Virus record (IMG/VR): IMGVR_UViG_3300030107_004238
Coordinates: 7,969-71,968 of that record
DNA: 64,000 nt
DNA from: a virus
Direction: 5' to 3' (one strand)
Part shown: positions 1 through 10,600 of the stretch, piece after piece
Position numbering within the stretch: position 1 is the first letter of the stretch
Layout of the letters: the number at the start of each line of letters is the position of its first letter
Made by a program: the position numbers and the translations under genes
Notes under the pieces: generated by a model
What the model saw: only the letters and a program-made list of their open reading frames with translations
Databases searched by the model: none
Told to the model about the DNA's origin: nothing

Positions 1-1416
1 GATATACAAGGATTAGATACAACAATAGATTGGAAAAACACTGGAGATAATAGTTATGATGGTGAAAAATTATCTTTATTAGTTCATGATGAAAGTGGTA
101 AATGGGAAAGACCCGATAATATATTAAATAATTGGCGAGTTACAAAAACATGTTTACGATTAGGTAGTAAAATAGTTGGTAAATGTATGATGGGCTCGAC
201 CTCAAACGCATTAGATAAAGGTGGAGACAACTTTAAAAAACTTTACAACGCTTCCGATGTCACACAAAGAAATAGAAATGGTCAGACAAAATCTGGTCTA
301 TACTCTTTGTTTATCCCAATGGAATGGAACTACGAAGGATTTATTGACGAGTTCGGATTTCCTGTATTTAATAACCCTGACACAGATGTCCTCGGGCCAG
401 ATGGTGAATTAATAGAGTATGGTATAATAGATCATTGGAACAACGAGGCTGATGGTTTAAAAAGTGATCATGATGCTTTAAATGAGTTTTATAGACAGTT
501 TCCAAGAACTACAGAACACGCGTTTAGAGATGAAGCATTAAATAGTATATTTAATCTAGTTAAGTTATATGAGCAAATAGATTATAACGAAGAAATGACT
601 AGAACAATAGGGGTTTCTACTGGTAATTTTCAATGGATAAACGGTATTAAAGATTCAACAGTAATATTTTATCCAGATCCAAAAGGTAGATTTAGAGTTA
701 GTTGGGTGCCCCCGCAAAAAATGCAAAATAGGTATTATATTAAAAATGGTATAAAATATCCTTCTAATGATCATTTAGGAGCTTTTGGATGTGACTCGTA
801 TGATATATCAGGAACTGTAGATGGTAGAGGTTCTAAAGGAGCATTACACGGTTTAACTAAGTTTAGTATGGATGAAGCTCCAACTAATCAGTTCTTTTTA
901 GAATATATAGCTAGACCACAAACCGCAGAGATATTTTTTGAAGATGTTTTAATGGCGTTAGTATTTTATGGAATGCCAATACTTGCAGAAAATAATAAAC
1001 CTAGATTATTATACTATTTAAGAAGAAGAGGATATAGAGGCTTTAGTATGAATAGACCAGATAAACTATGGAATAAATTATCTGTAGCGGAAAAAGAAAT
1101 AGGTGGTATACCAAACTCTAGTGAAGATATAAAACAAGCTCATGCGGCGGCAATTGAAATGTATGTGCAAGATCACGTAGGTATGAAAGGAGACGGTTCT
1201 TTTGGTAATATGTATTTTAACAGAACGCTAAATGATTGGGCTAAATTTGATATAAATAAAAGAACAAAATTTGATGCTACAATTAGTTCTGGTTTAGCAA
1301 TAATGGCTTGTAATAGGCACTTATATAGACCCAATGCTCAAATAGAAAAACCTAAATTAAACATAAATATTGCCAAGTATAACAATCAAGGTAATACATC
1401 AATAATTAAAAAATAA
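1..1416 (+). CDS. terL: Terminase large subunit (5'-truncated by window edge)
   Basis: Frame 1 is open from base 1 (DIQGLDTTIDWKNTGDNSYDGEKLSLLVHDESGKW; Walker B LLVHDE). C-terminal RNase H-like nuclease motifs GCDSYD, ILAENN, KFDATISSG. Directly upstream of portal. Confidence 0.9.
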   Translation, partial: DIQGLDTTIDWKNTGDNSYDGEKLSLLVHDESGKWERPDNILNNWRVTKTCLRLGSKIVGKCMMGSTSNALDKGGDNFKKLYNASDVTQRNRNGQTKSGLYSLFIPMEWNYEGFIDEFGFPVFNNPDTDVLGPDGELIEYGIIDHWNNEADGLKSDHDALNEFYRQFPRTTEHAFRDEALNSIFNLVKLYEQIDYNEEMTRTIGVSTGNFQWINGIKDSTVIFYPDPKGRFRVSWVPPQKMQNRYYIKNGIKYPSNDHLGAFGCDSYDISGTVDGRGSKGALHGLTKFSMDEAPTNQFFLEYIARPQTAEIFFEDVLMALVFYGMPILAENNKPRLLYYLRRRGYRGFSMNRPDKLWNKLSVAEKEIGGIPNSSEDIKQAHAAAIEMYVQDHVGMKGDGSFGNMYFNRTLNDWAKFDINKRTKFDATISSGLAIMACNRHLYRPNAQIEKPKLNINIAKYNNQGNTSIIKK

Positions 1417-1418
1417 AT

Positions 1419-3812
1419 ATGGCACAATCTGTTAACAGTTATTTTCCTAGTCAAGTTGTTAGCGACATCGAAAAGATGAGTTATGATTATGGATTAAAAA
1501 TTGCGAAAGCTATAGAGGAAGAATGGTTTAAAAAAGATAATACCAGAAATAGATACGTAGCTAATAAAAACGACTTTCATAAATTAAGATTATATGCTAG
1601 AGGCGAACAATCTATTCAAAAATATAAAGATGAGTTATCTATAAATGGTGATTTATCTTATCTTAATTTAGATTGGAAACCAGTTCCTATTATTCCAAAA
1701 TTTGTAGATATTGTGGTTAATGGAATGGCTGAAAGAACCTATGATATAAGAGCATATTCTCAAGATCCTTTTGGCGTAACTAAAAGAACTACTTATATGG
1801 AAAATATTTTAAGCGATATGCGTTTAAAAGATTTTCATGAAATGGTTAATAATGAATATGGTATTGATTTATCAAAAGCTGATTCAGATGAAGAGCTTCC
1901 AGGTACAAAAGAAGAATTAGATTTACACATGCAGTTGAGTTATAAGCAAGCCGCAGAAATAGCTGAAGAACAAGCTTTGGAGATATTATTTAATGGAAAT
2001 AACTATGATTTAATAAAAAAGAGGTTTTACTATGATCTTACTGTTTTAGGTATTGGTGCTGTAAAAACCTCTTTTAATACTTCAGAAGGTGTAACAATAG
2101 ATTATGTTGATCCTGCTAATCTAGTTTACTCTCACTCAGAATCACCTTATTTTGATGATTTATATTATGTTGGTGAGGTGAAAGAGATACCTATAAACGA
2201 ATTAGTAAAAGAATTTCCACATTTAGAGCATAAAGAATTAGAAGAAATAGTAAAAACTGGTGATAATAACAGTGCTAGATATAGTAGTAATATAAAAGAA
2301 GACAACAATAAAATAAAAGTTTTATATTTTAACTATAAAACTTATATGAACGAGGTTTACAAATTAAAAGAAAGTGGTACTGGTGGAGAGAAAATATTAG
2401 AAAAAGATGATCAATTTAATCCTCCAGAAGGAATGGATGGAGAGTTTAGTAAATTGATGCGGTCAATAGAATGTTTATACGAAGGAGCCTATATATTGGG
2501 TACTAAAAAATTACTTAAATGGGAGATGGCTAAAAACATGATGCGTCCTAAAAGTAATTTTACAAAAGTAAAAATGAACTATGCTATTGTTGCTCCTAGA
2601 ATGTACGAAGGTAGAATCGAATCTTTAGTAAAACGTATAACAGGTTTTGCTGATATGATTCAATTAACGCATCTTAAGTTACAGCAAGTGTTGTCTAGAA
2701 TGGTTCCTGATGGTGTTTTTTTAGATGCTGATGGTTTAGCTGAGATCGATTTAGGTAATGGAACTAATTACAATCCACAAGAGGCGTTAAACATGTTTTT
2801 CCAAACTGGTAGTATCATTGGTAGATCAATGACTCAAGATGGTGAAATGAACGCTGGAAAAGTACCTATCCAAGAAATATCTGGAGGTCAGGGTGCTGGT
2901 AATAAAATGCAAGCTCTTATAGGTAATTATAATTATTACTTACAAATGATAAGAGATGTGACCGGATTAAACGAAGCTAGATCAGATTCTCCAGATCCAG
3001 ATTCTCTTGTTGGTATACAGAAACTTGCCGCGGCTAATTCTAATACTGCTACAAGACATATATTACAAGCTGGTCTTTTTTTAACAACAGAAGTTGCAGA
3101 ATGTTTATCTCTTAGAATATCTGATATTATTGAATATTCTCCAACTAAAGAAGCTTTTGTTCAGGCAATAGGTACACATAATGTTGCTACTTTAGAAGAA
3201 ATGAATACATTGCATCTTTATGATTTTGGTATATTTTTAGATTTACAACCAGATGATGAAGAAAGACAGTTATTGGAGAATAATATCCAAATGGCTATTC
3301 AACAACAACTTATAGATCTTGAAGATGCTATTGATCTTAGAGAGATTAAAAATATAAAGTTAGCAAATCAACTTTTAAAAATACGTAGAAAAAAGAAGCA
3401 AGAAAAAGATCAGCAAATGCAGCAAGAGAATATGCAGGCTCAAGCACAAGCCAATAGTCAAGCTCAACAAGCTGCCGCTCAAACTGAAGTTCAAAAAAAC
3501 CAAGCTAAAACCCAAGCTGAAATACAACTAGAAACCGCTAGGGCTGAATTAGAAAAAAGTAAAAGTGAACATGATTTTTTATTGAAAAAAGAACTAATGA
3601 ATCATGAGTTTGGACTGCAAATGCAGTTGAAACAATTAGAGATAGGAGGAGCAAGTTGGAAAGAAAAAATGAAAGAAGATCGTAAAGACGAAAGAACAAA
3701 AATCCAAGCATCTCAACAAAGCGAACTTATAGACCAAAGAAATAATAAAAAACCACCTAAAAATTTTGAAGAAACAGGTGATGATATATTAGGAACGGGT
3801 TTTAGTTTATAA
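1419..3812 (+). CDS. Portal protein
   Basis: 797 aa following terL; LDWKPVPIIPKFVDIVVNG motif typical of Bacteroidota podovirus portals; Q-rich coiled-coil C-terminus like the P22 portal barrel. Confidence 0.85.
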   Translation: MAQSVNSYFPSQVVSDIEKMSYDYGLKIAKAIEEEWFKKDNTRNRYVANKNDFHKLRLYARGEQSIQKYKDELSINGDLSYLNLDWKPVPIIPKFVDIVVNGMAERTYDIRAYSQDPFGVTKRTTYMENILSDMRLKDFHEMVNNEYGIDLSKADSDEELPGTKEELDLHMQLSYKQAAEIAEEQALEILFNGNNYDLIKKRFYYDLTVLGIGAVKTSFNTSEGVTIDYVDPANLVYSHSESPYFDDLYYVGEVKEIPINELVKEFPHLEHKELEEIVKTGDNNSARYSSNIKEDNNKIKVLYFNYKTYMNEVYKLKESGTGGEKILEKDDQFNPPEGMDGEFSKLMRSIECLYEGAYILGTKKLLKWEMAKNMMRPKSNFTKVKMNYAIVAPRMYEGRIESLVKRITGFADMIQLTHLKLQQVLSRMVPDGVFLDADGLAEIDLGNGTNYNPQEALNMFFQTGSIIGRSMTQDGEMNAGKVPIQEISGGQGAGNKMQALIGNYNYYLQMIRDVTGLNEARSDSPDPDSLVGIQKLAAANSNTATRHILQAGLFLTTEVAECLSLRISDIIEYSPTKEAFVQAIGTHNVATLEEMNTLHLYDFGIFLDLQPDDEERQLLENNIQMAIQQQLIDLEDAIDLREIKNIKLANQLLKIRRKKKQEKDQQMQQENMQAQAQANSQAQQAAAQTEVQKNQAKTQAEIQLETARAELEKSKSEHDFLLKKELMNHEFGLQMQLKQLEIGGASWKEKMKEDRKDERTKIQASQQSELIDQRNNKKPPKNFEETGDDILGTGFSL

Positions 3813-3838
3813 ATTATTAATTATTATTATATTATATC

Positions 3839-5107
3839 ATGGAAGAAAATAAAGAAAGCGTAATTGAAGAGATGGTTGACGAAACTACTTCTCAAGAGCA
3901 AAAAACAGAAACAACTGAAAAAGTTGAACAACCAAAAACAGAACAGTCAAAAGATGAAAATATTACTAAAGTTGATTTTAGTAATTTCAAACCAAGAGAG
4001 GTAGAACAAACTGTTTATAAAGTAGATTTAAATAAACCACAAAAACCAGAAGAAAATGAAACTAAAGAAGATAATACTAACGAAGGAGGAGTCGTTGAGG
4101 ATGTTCAATCCGAGAACTCCGGGGCCACACAAGAACAAAAAGAAGTACAACCGGAAGCAGAAACACAAGAAACTCCAGTTGTAGAAGAGGTTACAGAAGA
4201 AGAAGAAAAAGCTGCTGACGCAATTGAAGAACAAGCAGCAGAAGCAATAGCAGAATCTCAAGCTACTGGAAAGCCTTTACCAGAAAATATTCAAAAACTG
4301 GTTAACTTTATGGAAGAAACTGGTGGTGATTTAATTGATTATGTAAGATTAAATCAAGATTATAACAAGTTAGATGACTCGTCTGTATTGAGAGAATATT
4401 ACAGACAAACAAAGAAACATTTAAATGATGAAGAAATTAACTTCCTTATGGAAGATTCGTTCTCTTATAATGAAGAAGAAGATGAAGAAAGAGATATACG
4501 AAGAAAAAAATTAGCGCTAAAAGAGCAAGTTGCCAGCGCTAGAGCCCATTTGGACGGGCAAAAGTCCAGGTATTATAAAGAATTAAAAGCTGGATCGAGA
4601 CTCACTCAAGAGCAACAGAAAGCTGTTGATTTCTTTAATAGATACAAAGAAAACTCAGAAAAAACGCGTTTAAAAGGCGAAACACTGACTAATGTTTTTG
4701 AGAAAAAAACAAATGAATTTTTTGGAAACAAATTCAAAGGTTTTGAATATAATGTTGGGGAAAAAAGATTTAGGTTTAATGTCAAAGACGCTAATAAAGT
4801 AAAAGAAACACAGAGTGATGCTGGTAATTTTGTTGGAAAGTTTCTAAACAAAAAAACTAATGCTTTAGAAGACGCTGCTGGTTATCATAAAGCTTTATTC
4901 ACAGGGTTAAACGCTGACGCAATCGCTAAACATTTTTATGAACAAGGTAAGGCAGATGCTATGAAAGATAGTGTTGCCAAAGCAAAGAACATCGATATGA
5001 AACCTAGACAATCACATGGACAGGCTCAAAATATTGGTGGTCCAAAGTTTAAAGTGTTAGGTGATAATTCTGCAGGTTTTAAATGGAAAATTAAAAACAA
5101 TAAATAA
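3839..5107 (+). CDS. Putative scaffolding protein
   Basis: Very acidic disordered N-terminal half, helical C-terminal half, located between portal and capsid. Confidence 0.65.
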   Translation: MEENKESVIEEMVDETTSQEQKTETTEKVEQPKTEQSKDENITKVDFSNFKPREVEQTVYKVDLNKPQKPEENETKEDNTNEGGVVEDVQSENSGATQEQKEVQPEAETQETPVVEEVTEEEEKAADAIEEQAAEAIAESQATGKPLPENIQKLVNFMEETGGDLIDYVRLNQDYNKLDDSSVLREYYRQTKKHLNDEEINFLMEDSFSYNEEEDEERDIRRKKLALKEQVASARAHLDGQKSRYYKELKAGSRLTQEQQKAVDFFNRYKENSEKTRLKGETLTNVFEKKTNEFFGNKFKGFEYNVGEKRFRFNVKDANKVKETQSDAGNFVGKFLNKKTNALEDAAGYHKALFTGLNADAIAKHFYEQGKADAMKDSVAKAKNIDMKPRQSHGQAQNIGGPKFKVLGDNSAGFKWKIKNNK

Positions 5108-5125
5108 CTTTAAAATAAATATAAA

Positions 5126-6610
5126 ATGGCAATTACAGCAGGAGATAATTTGAATATAACGCCAGCAGCAAGACAAGCTACGTTATCTACAAATTATCTA
5201 GATTTTACGACAACTGATGGCTCAGGAGCTGACGGTTGGGCACAACAGTATTTACCAGATTTAATGGAAAAAGAAGCTGAAGTCTTTGGAAAAAGAACTG
5301 TTTCTGGATTCTTATCTCAGGTAGGTGCAGAAGAGGCAATGTCCTCAGACCAAGTAGTTTGGTCAGAACAAGGTAGGTTACACTTAACTTTTACAGGTAC
5401 AGTTGGTACTGCTAACATTAGTACTATTCAACTAGATTTAGATGTTGATGGACAAGATGTTGGTACGGACCACGGTGTAAGAATTGGTGATACAGTTTTA
5501 TTAGCTTCAAGCGCTGGAAAAACAGTTAGAGGTTATGTTTCAGTAATTGATTGTGTAGGCGCGGCGGACGCATCTGCACATACTTCTGCAACAGATTTTA
5601 TCGTGGTAAGACCTTACAACTTCCAACACTTAGACGATGCAGGTTTTGGTGATTCAGATAATATTACTATGATGGTTTATGGTTCTGAATTCAAGAAAGG
5701 GGTTACTGGTTTTGATAGAGCTAACGAACCATCTTTCAAATCTTATAGCAACAAACCAGTTATTATCAAAGACATGTACCAGGTTTCAGGATCTGATACT
5801 TCTGCGATTGGTTGGGTTGAAGTTACAGGTGAAGAAGGACAAACTGGATATCTTTGGTATTTAAAAGCTGAAGGTGATACTAGAGCACGTTTTACTGATC
5901 ACTTAGAGATGACATGTATTGAAGGTCAAATGGCTAGCGGTAATTCAGATGTTGACGCTACTCTTTTCGCAGCTGGTAAACCAACAGGTACTGAAGGTTT
6001 ATTCTCAGCTATAGAAGATAGAGGTAATAAATCATCTGGTATTACTGGTATCAACGCTTCTACTGATTTAGCTGAATTTGATGCTATCTTAGCTGAGTTT
6101 GATAAGCAAGGTGCTATTGAAGAAAACATGATGTTTGTTAACAGAGCAACTGCTCTTGCAATGGATGACATGTTAGCTTCAATGAATTCTTATGGTGCTG
6201 GTGGTACTTCTTACGGAGTATTCAACAATTCAGAAGATATGGCGCTTAACTTAGGATTCTCAGGTTTCCGAAGAGGTTCTTATGATTTCTATAAGACTGA
6301 TTGGAAATACTTAAACGATGCTGGTACAAGAGGGGCGATTAACTCTAGAGATACTGTTAACGCAGTAAGAGGTGTTATGATTCCAGCTGGTGTATCTTCA
6401 GTTTATGATGAGATATTAGGTAAAAACCTTAAACGACCATTCTTACACGTTCGTTATAGAGCTTCACAAATGGAAAGCAGAAAATTCAAAACTTGGATTA
6501 CTGGTTCTGTTGGTGCTGCTACAAGCGACATTGATAAGATGCAAGTAAACTATTTATCTGAAAGATGTCTAGTTGTACAAGGTGCTAATAACTTCATGTT
6601 ATTGAACTAA
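5126..6610 (+). CDS. Major capsid protein
   Basis: 494 aa after scaffold; WAQQYLPD, WSEQGRLH, LGFSGFRRGSYDFYK and C-terminal YLSERCL motifs; followed by a terminator. Confidence 0.85.
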   Translation: MAITAGDNLNITPAARQATLSTNYLDFTTTDGSGADGWAQQYLPDLMEKEAEVFGKRTVSGFLSQVGAEEAMSSDQVVWSEQGRLHLTFTGTVGTANISTIQLDLDVDGQDVGTDHGVRIGDTVLLASSAGKTVRGYVSVIDCVGAADASAHTSATDFIVVRPYNFQHLDDAGFGDSDNITMMVYGSEFKKGVTGFDRANEPSFKSYSNKPVIIKDMYQVSGSDTSAIGWVEVTGEEGQTGYLWYLKAEGDTRARFTDHLEMTCIEGQMASGNSDVDATLFAAGKPTGTEGLFSAIEDRGNKSSGITGINASTDLAEFDAILAEFDKQGAIEENMMFVNRATALAMDDMLASMNSYGAGGTSYGVFNNSEDMALNLGFSGFRRGSYDFYKTDWKYLNDAGTRGAINSRDTVNAVRGVMIPAGVSSVYDEILGKNLKRPFLHVRYRASQMESRKFKTWITGSVGAATSDIDKMQVNYLSERCLVVQGANNFMLLN

Positions 6611-6619
6611 TCAATTTTT

Positions 6620-6659
6620 AAAAGAGAGTGGGGCTAGTCTCCACTCCCTTTTATTTTTA
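6620..6659 (+). terminator. Rho-independent terminator after the capsid gene
   Basis: AAAAGAGAGTGGGG-ctagt-CTCCACTCCCTTTT imperfect stem followed by a T-rich tract. Confidence 0.8.
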
Positions 6660-6682
6660 TTAATTTTATTATATATTATATT

Positions 6683-7522
6683 ATGGCAAACGAAAGAATT
6701 AGGTTTAATGATAGTTCTAATACGAATCAATCATCACCTAAACAAACAACAGGTTCTATACAAGAACCAAAACAAAAAGAAACTCCAAAACCTGAACAAA
6801 ATTGGGTGATTAAAGATAGAATGTATTATTTAACCGGTGGAAAAGCGCCTTTATCTCATATTATAAAAGCAGCAGATATTTTTTATTTTGATGAAGAAAG
6901 AGGTTATGAAAGAGAGTTGAAATATACTAGAAATCAACAAACTCCTTTTGTAGATGAAATGAAAGGAGAGCATAGATTAGATCATATTATTTTTAGAAAT
7001 GGATCTTTATTTGTTCCTAGAAATAAACAAGTGTTACAGAAATTATTATCTTTGTACCACCCTATGAGAGGTAAATTATTTTTAGAAGCAGATCCTGTTA
7101 AAAAAGCAGAAAATCAAATAGATGTAATTCAATTAGAATTAGAAGCTTTAAATGCTGCTCAAATGCTAGATGTTGATATGGCGGAAGCTGTTATGCGTGT
7201 AGAGTTGGGTTCTAAAGTATCTACGATGAATTCTAAGGAGCTTAAACGTGATTTACTTATATATGCTAAGAAAAACCCTAAATTGTTCTTAGATTTAGTA
7301 AATGACGATAATGTTTTACTTAGAAACATGGGTATTCGAGCTTGTGAAAAAGGTATAATTAAACTTTCTCCTGATCAAAGAACTTTTAAATGGGGTTCTA
7401 ACGACAGAAAATTAATGAGTGTTCCTTTTGATGAACATCCTTATTCAGCTTTAGCTCAATGGTTTAAAACTGATGAAGGTATGGAGATTTACTCCAATAT
7501 TGAAAAACGATTAAATTCGTAA
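6683..7522 (+). CDS. Hypothetical phage protein (post-capsid position)
   Basis: 279-aa ORF flanked by terminators; no catalytic motif recognised. Confidence 0.7.
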   Translation: MANERIRFNDSSNTNQSSPKQTTGSIQEPKQKETPKPEQNWVIKDRMYYLTGGKAPLSHIIKAADIFYFDEERGYERELKYTRNQQTPFVDEMKGEHRLDHIIFRNGSLFVPRNKQVLQKLLSLYHPMRGKLFLEADPVKKAENQIDVIQLELEALNAAQMLDVDMAEAVMRVELGSKVSTMNSKELKRDLLIYAKKNPKLFLDLVNDDNVLLRNMGIRACEKGIIKLSPDQRTFKWGSNDRKLMSVPFDEHPYSALAQWFKTDEGMEIYSNIEKRLNS

Positions 7523-7528
7523 CAACCC

Positions 7529-7566
7529 TAATAGAGTAACCACTCTTCGGGGTGGTTACTTTATTA
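7529..7566 (+). terminator. Stem-loop terminator with C(UUCG)G tetraloop
   Basis: TAATAGAGTAACCACT-CTTCGG-GGTGGTTACTTTATTA. Confidence 0.8.
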
Positions 7567-7579
7567 TAATATAAAAAAT

Positions 7580-9328
7580 ATGGCAATAAGTATAGATACG
7601 GTATATCAAAAAGTTTTAGCAATTGCTAATAAAGAACAAAGAGGCTATATAAATCCTCAACAATTTAATCTATTTGCTAATCAAGCACAGATGGATATAT
7701 TTGAAGATTATTTCTTTAAATTAAACCAAGTAGAGTTTGGTCAAAAAAATAGCACACAATATGCTGATATAAAAAATATATTGCTAGAAAAAATACAAAA
7801 CTTCGAAAAACGAAGTGATCTTATATACTCTCAAACGGGTGAAAATCTTCACTCAACATTTACTTTCCCTTCAGATTTATATCGATTAGGTTCTGTTAAG
7901 TATTTAACAATAGGTTCTAATTTATGTACAGATCCTAATTTTAACGATACTAGTGGTAATAACTTAATAACTGGTAATAGTAACGCATTTACTTTTAGTT
8001 CAGGTAGCGATCTTCAATCTAGTGGTCTTAGTACTTCAACGTGGTATGCAACCGATCCGTCAATATCAATAAGTGGTGGAAAATTAACTTTTACAGATAC
8101 TCATGAACCAAAAACCGCTTATATCGCTTATGATTTTAATCCACATAAAACATATAAAATTACTCTTACATTAAGCAACTTTACAAAGGGTGGTTTAGGT
8201 TTTATTGTTAATCCAGGGGCTAGTTGGAATTATACTATAGGTGGAGTTGAACTCGGTTATTTCGCCTCGTTAAACATTATGTCAGCTAACAATGTTACAA
8301 TTGATCCTACCGAGGGAATAGTTAGAGGAAATGGAACACATACTTTTATAGTAAAACCTAGTAAAGTATCGAGTGCTCCTTGGATTACAAGTCCATTAAA
8401 CCAATCTACCAACGGTGTTTTTCATTTGAAATCAACTAGTTGTACGTCTTCATCTGATGAGTTGTCATGCCAAGTTGATGATGTTAAAATCCAGGAAGTT
8501 GGTAATGAGTGGACTATAAGACCTGAAAATTCTTGGCAATTTGGAGATGGACACGATGCTCAAGGATTTCAAACGGAATATCCAGATCAAAACGGGAATC
8601 GCTTAAACAAAGCTTGGGGTAATGATGATTTAAGTGGTAATGCTTTAGAATCTGCGGGTTATATTGAAAACGCGATGTCATTAGTAGAAGGTAATACTTA
8701 CTCTATAACATATACAGTAGATAATGCTACAGCTGGGAAATTATATTTAGGAAATCATTTAGCAGAATCTATTATAGGTAATGAGCTAGATGATGGTACA
8801 AATGATAATATGGTTTTATTCGATGCTAGTAATATGGTAAATGGTAAATATACGAAATATTGGGTTCAAGGTAGTAGTAACACAACTAAGTTAAGTATAT
8901 TTAGACAAAAAGCTTTTGATGGATCAATTACAGATATTATAGTTAGACAAGTTGCAGCTGAAACAGAAGGATGTGTTGTGGAACAAGTTAGAGGTAATGA
9001 TATAACATATTTATTAAGTTCTAAATTAGCAAAACCAACATTAAAAAGACCTGTATATATAAAAGGAGAAAACGGTATAAACGTATACCCAAAATCAATA
9101 CAAGATGGCATAAGTGCTAATTATATAAGAAAACCTAACAAAGTAGAATGGAATTATACAGAAGTAAATAGTGTTGCATTATATAATAGTTCTACATCTA
9201 CAGATTTTGAACTTCACGACTCAGAAGAAAATACTTTAGTAATAAAAATATTAGCATTAGCTGGTATAGGTATAAAAGACGGAGAATTACTACAAGTTGC
9301 GTTGGCTAAAGAAGCTGAAACTAAATAA
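7580..9328 (+). CDS. Tail ring / head-tail adaptor protein with inserted beta-sandwich domains
   Basis: N-terminal VYQKVLAIANKEQRGYINPQQFNLFANQAQ and C-terminal YIRKP..V.W / DFELH.SEE..LVIKIL ring-protein motifs bracket a Ser/Thr/Gly-rich insert of several hundred aa. Confidence 0.65.
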   Translation: MAISIDTVYQKVLAIANKEQRGYINPQQFNLFANQAQMDIFEDYFFKLNQVEFGQKNSTQYADIKNILLEKIQNFEKRSDLIYSQTGENLHSTFTFPSDLYRLGSVKYLTIGSNLCTDPNFNDTSGNNLITGNSNAFTFSSGSDLQSSGLSTSTWYATDPSISISGGKLTFTDTHEPKTAYIAYDFNPHKTYKITLTLSNFTKGGLGFIVNPGASWNYTIGGVELGYFASLNIMSANNVTIDPTEGIVRGNGTHTFIVKPSKVSSAPWITSPLNQSTNGVFHLKSTSCTSSSDELSCQVDDVKIQEVGNEWTIRPENSWQFGDGHDAQGFQTEYPDQNGNRLNKAWGNDDLSGNALESAGYIENAMSLVEGNTYSITYTVDNATAGKLYLGNHLAESIIGNELDDGTNDNMVLFDASNMVNGKYTKYWVQGSSNTTKLSIFRQKAFDGSITDIIVRQVAAETEGCVVEQVRGNDITYLLSSKLAKPTLKRPVYIKGENGINVYPKSIQDGISANYIRKPNKVEWNYTEVNSVALYNSSTSTDFELHDSEENTLVIKILALAGIGIKDGELLQVALAKEAETK

Positions 9329-9337
9329 TAAAAAAAC

Positions 9338-10597
9338 ATGGGATTACTAGACAATTTAACACAAGAAGATTATTATAACGGAAGTGATTTTGGTAGCTAT
9401 CAATTTATCTCTTTAGATGATATTATAAATAACTTTATGATAGCTTATGTTGGAGAAGATAATTTAATACCAAAAGTAAAAATGCCTATTGTTGCTTTTC
9501 ATGCACAAAGAGCTTTAGCTGAATTATCTTTTGATACTTTTAAATCTGTTAAATCTCAAGAAATAGAATTGCCATCATCTTTAACAATGACGCTACCGCA
9601 TGATTATATTAATTACGTGAAATTATCTTGGATGGACAGTGCTGGTATAGAGCATATAATATATCCAACAAGTAAAACATCTAATCCTAAGGCTATAGAT
9701 CAAAACACAGACGGTTCTTATAAATCTTTTACCGAAATGATAACGTATCCAGATCTAACAACATCTTGGGCTCACGGAACCACAAATATAACACAAAATA
9801 CTTCTGCTGGTACAATTACGTTTCCCGCAGACGATACGTATTCTTCGATATCTTTACCTACACTAACTAAGGGTAATAAATACGAAATAACTATAACTGT
9901 TGATTCTATCGCTGCTGGTGTTAATGTGTTTTTATCAAACGAACCAACAACTAATGCGGATAAATTAACTTATCCTAGTAACGGTTTAAATAAATGGTAC
10001 AATCCAATAACATCTACAACTGGTACTCATAGTATAGAATTTATAGCAAATAAAACGAGTGTTACGTTATATTCGTCTCCTTATAGTGGCGCTGTGGTTT
10101 TATCAAGTGTTAAATTAGTTAGTACTGATTTAGAATATCAATCAGAATCTAATACTTGGGAAAAATATAAAGATAACACACCTGCTGAAAATCAAGAAAA
10201 GTATGATGACGATTATTATGTAACCGCCTTAGGACAAAGATATGGTTTAGAACCTTCCCATGCACAAGTTAATGGTTCTTATTATATAGATGACAATACA
10301 GGAAAAATACATTTTAGCTCTAATTTAAAAGGTGAAACAATCATATTAAAATATATAAGTGATAGTTTAGGGACAGATGGGGAAATGCAAGTGCATAAAA
10401 TGGCAGAAGAAGCAATGTACAAATGGATAGCCTATGGAATATTATCAACTAGAGTTGGTATACCTGATAATGTTATTATGAGATTAAGAAGAGATAGAAC
10501 TGCTGAAACTAGAAAAGCTAAATTAAGATTGTCTAACATAAAATTAGAAGAAATTACTCAGACATTAAGAAACATGTCAAAACACATAAAACACTAA
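9338..10597 (+). CDS. Tail ring / tubular structural protein with insert
   Basis: YQFISLDDIINNFM, LPHDYINYVKLS and VHKMAEEAMY...AKLRLSN motifs; central beta-rich insert. Confidence 0.65.
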   Translation: MGLLDNLTQEDYYNGSDFGSYQFISLDDIINNFMIAYVGEDNLIPKVKMPIVAFHAQRALAELSFDTFKSVKSQEIELPSSLTMTLPHDYINYVKLSWMDSAGIEHIIYPTSKTSNPKAIDQNTDGSYKSFTEMITYPDLTTSWAHGTTNITQNTSAGTITFPADDTYSSISLPTLTKGNKYEITITVDSIAAGVNVFLSNEPTTNADKLTYPSNGLNKWYNPITSTTGTHSIEFIANKTSVTLYSSPYSGAVVLSSVKLVSTDLEYQSESNTWEKYKDNTPAENQEKYDDDYYVTALGQRYGLEPSHAQVNGSYYIDDNTGKIHFSSNLKGETIILKYISDSLGTDGEMQVHKMAEEAMYKWIAYGILSTRVGIPDNVIMRLRRDRTAETRKAKLRLSNIKLEEITQTLRNMSKHIKH

Positions 10598-10600
10598 TAC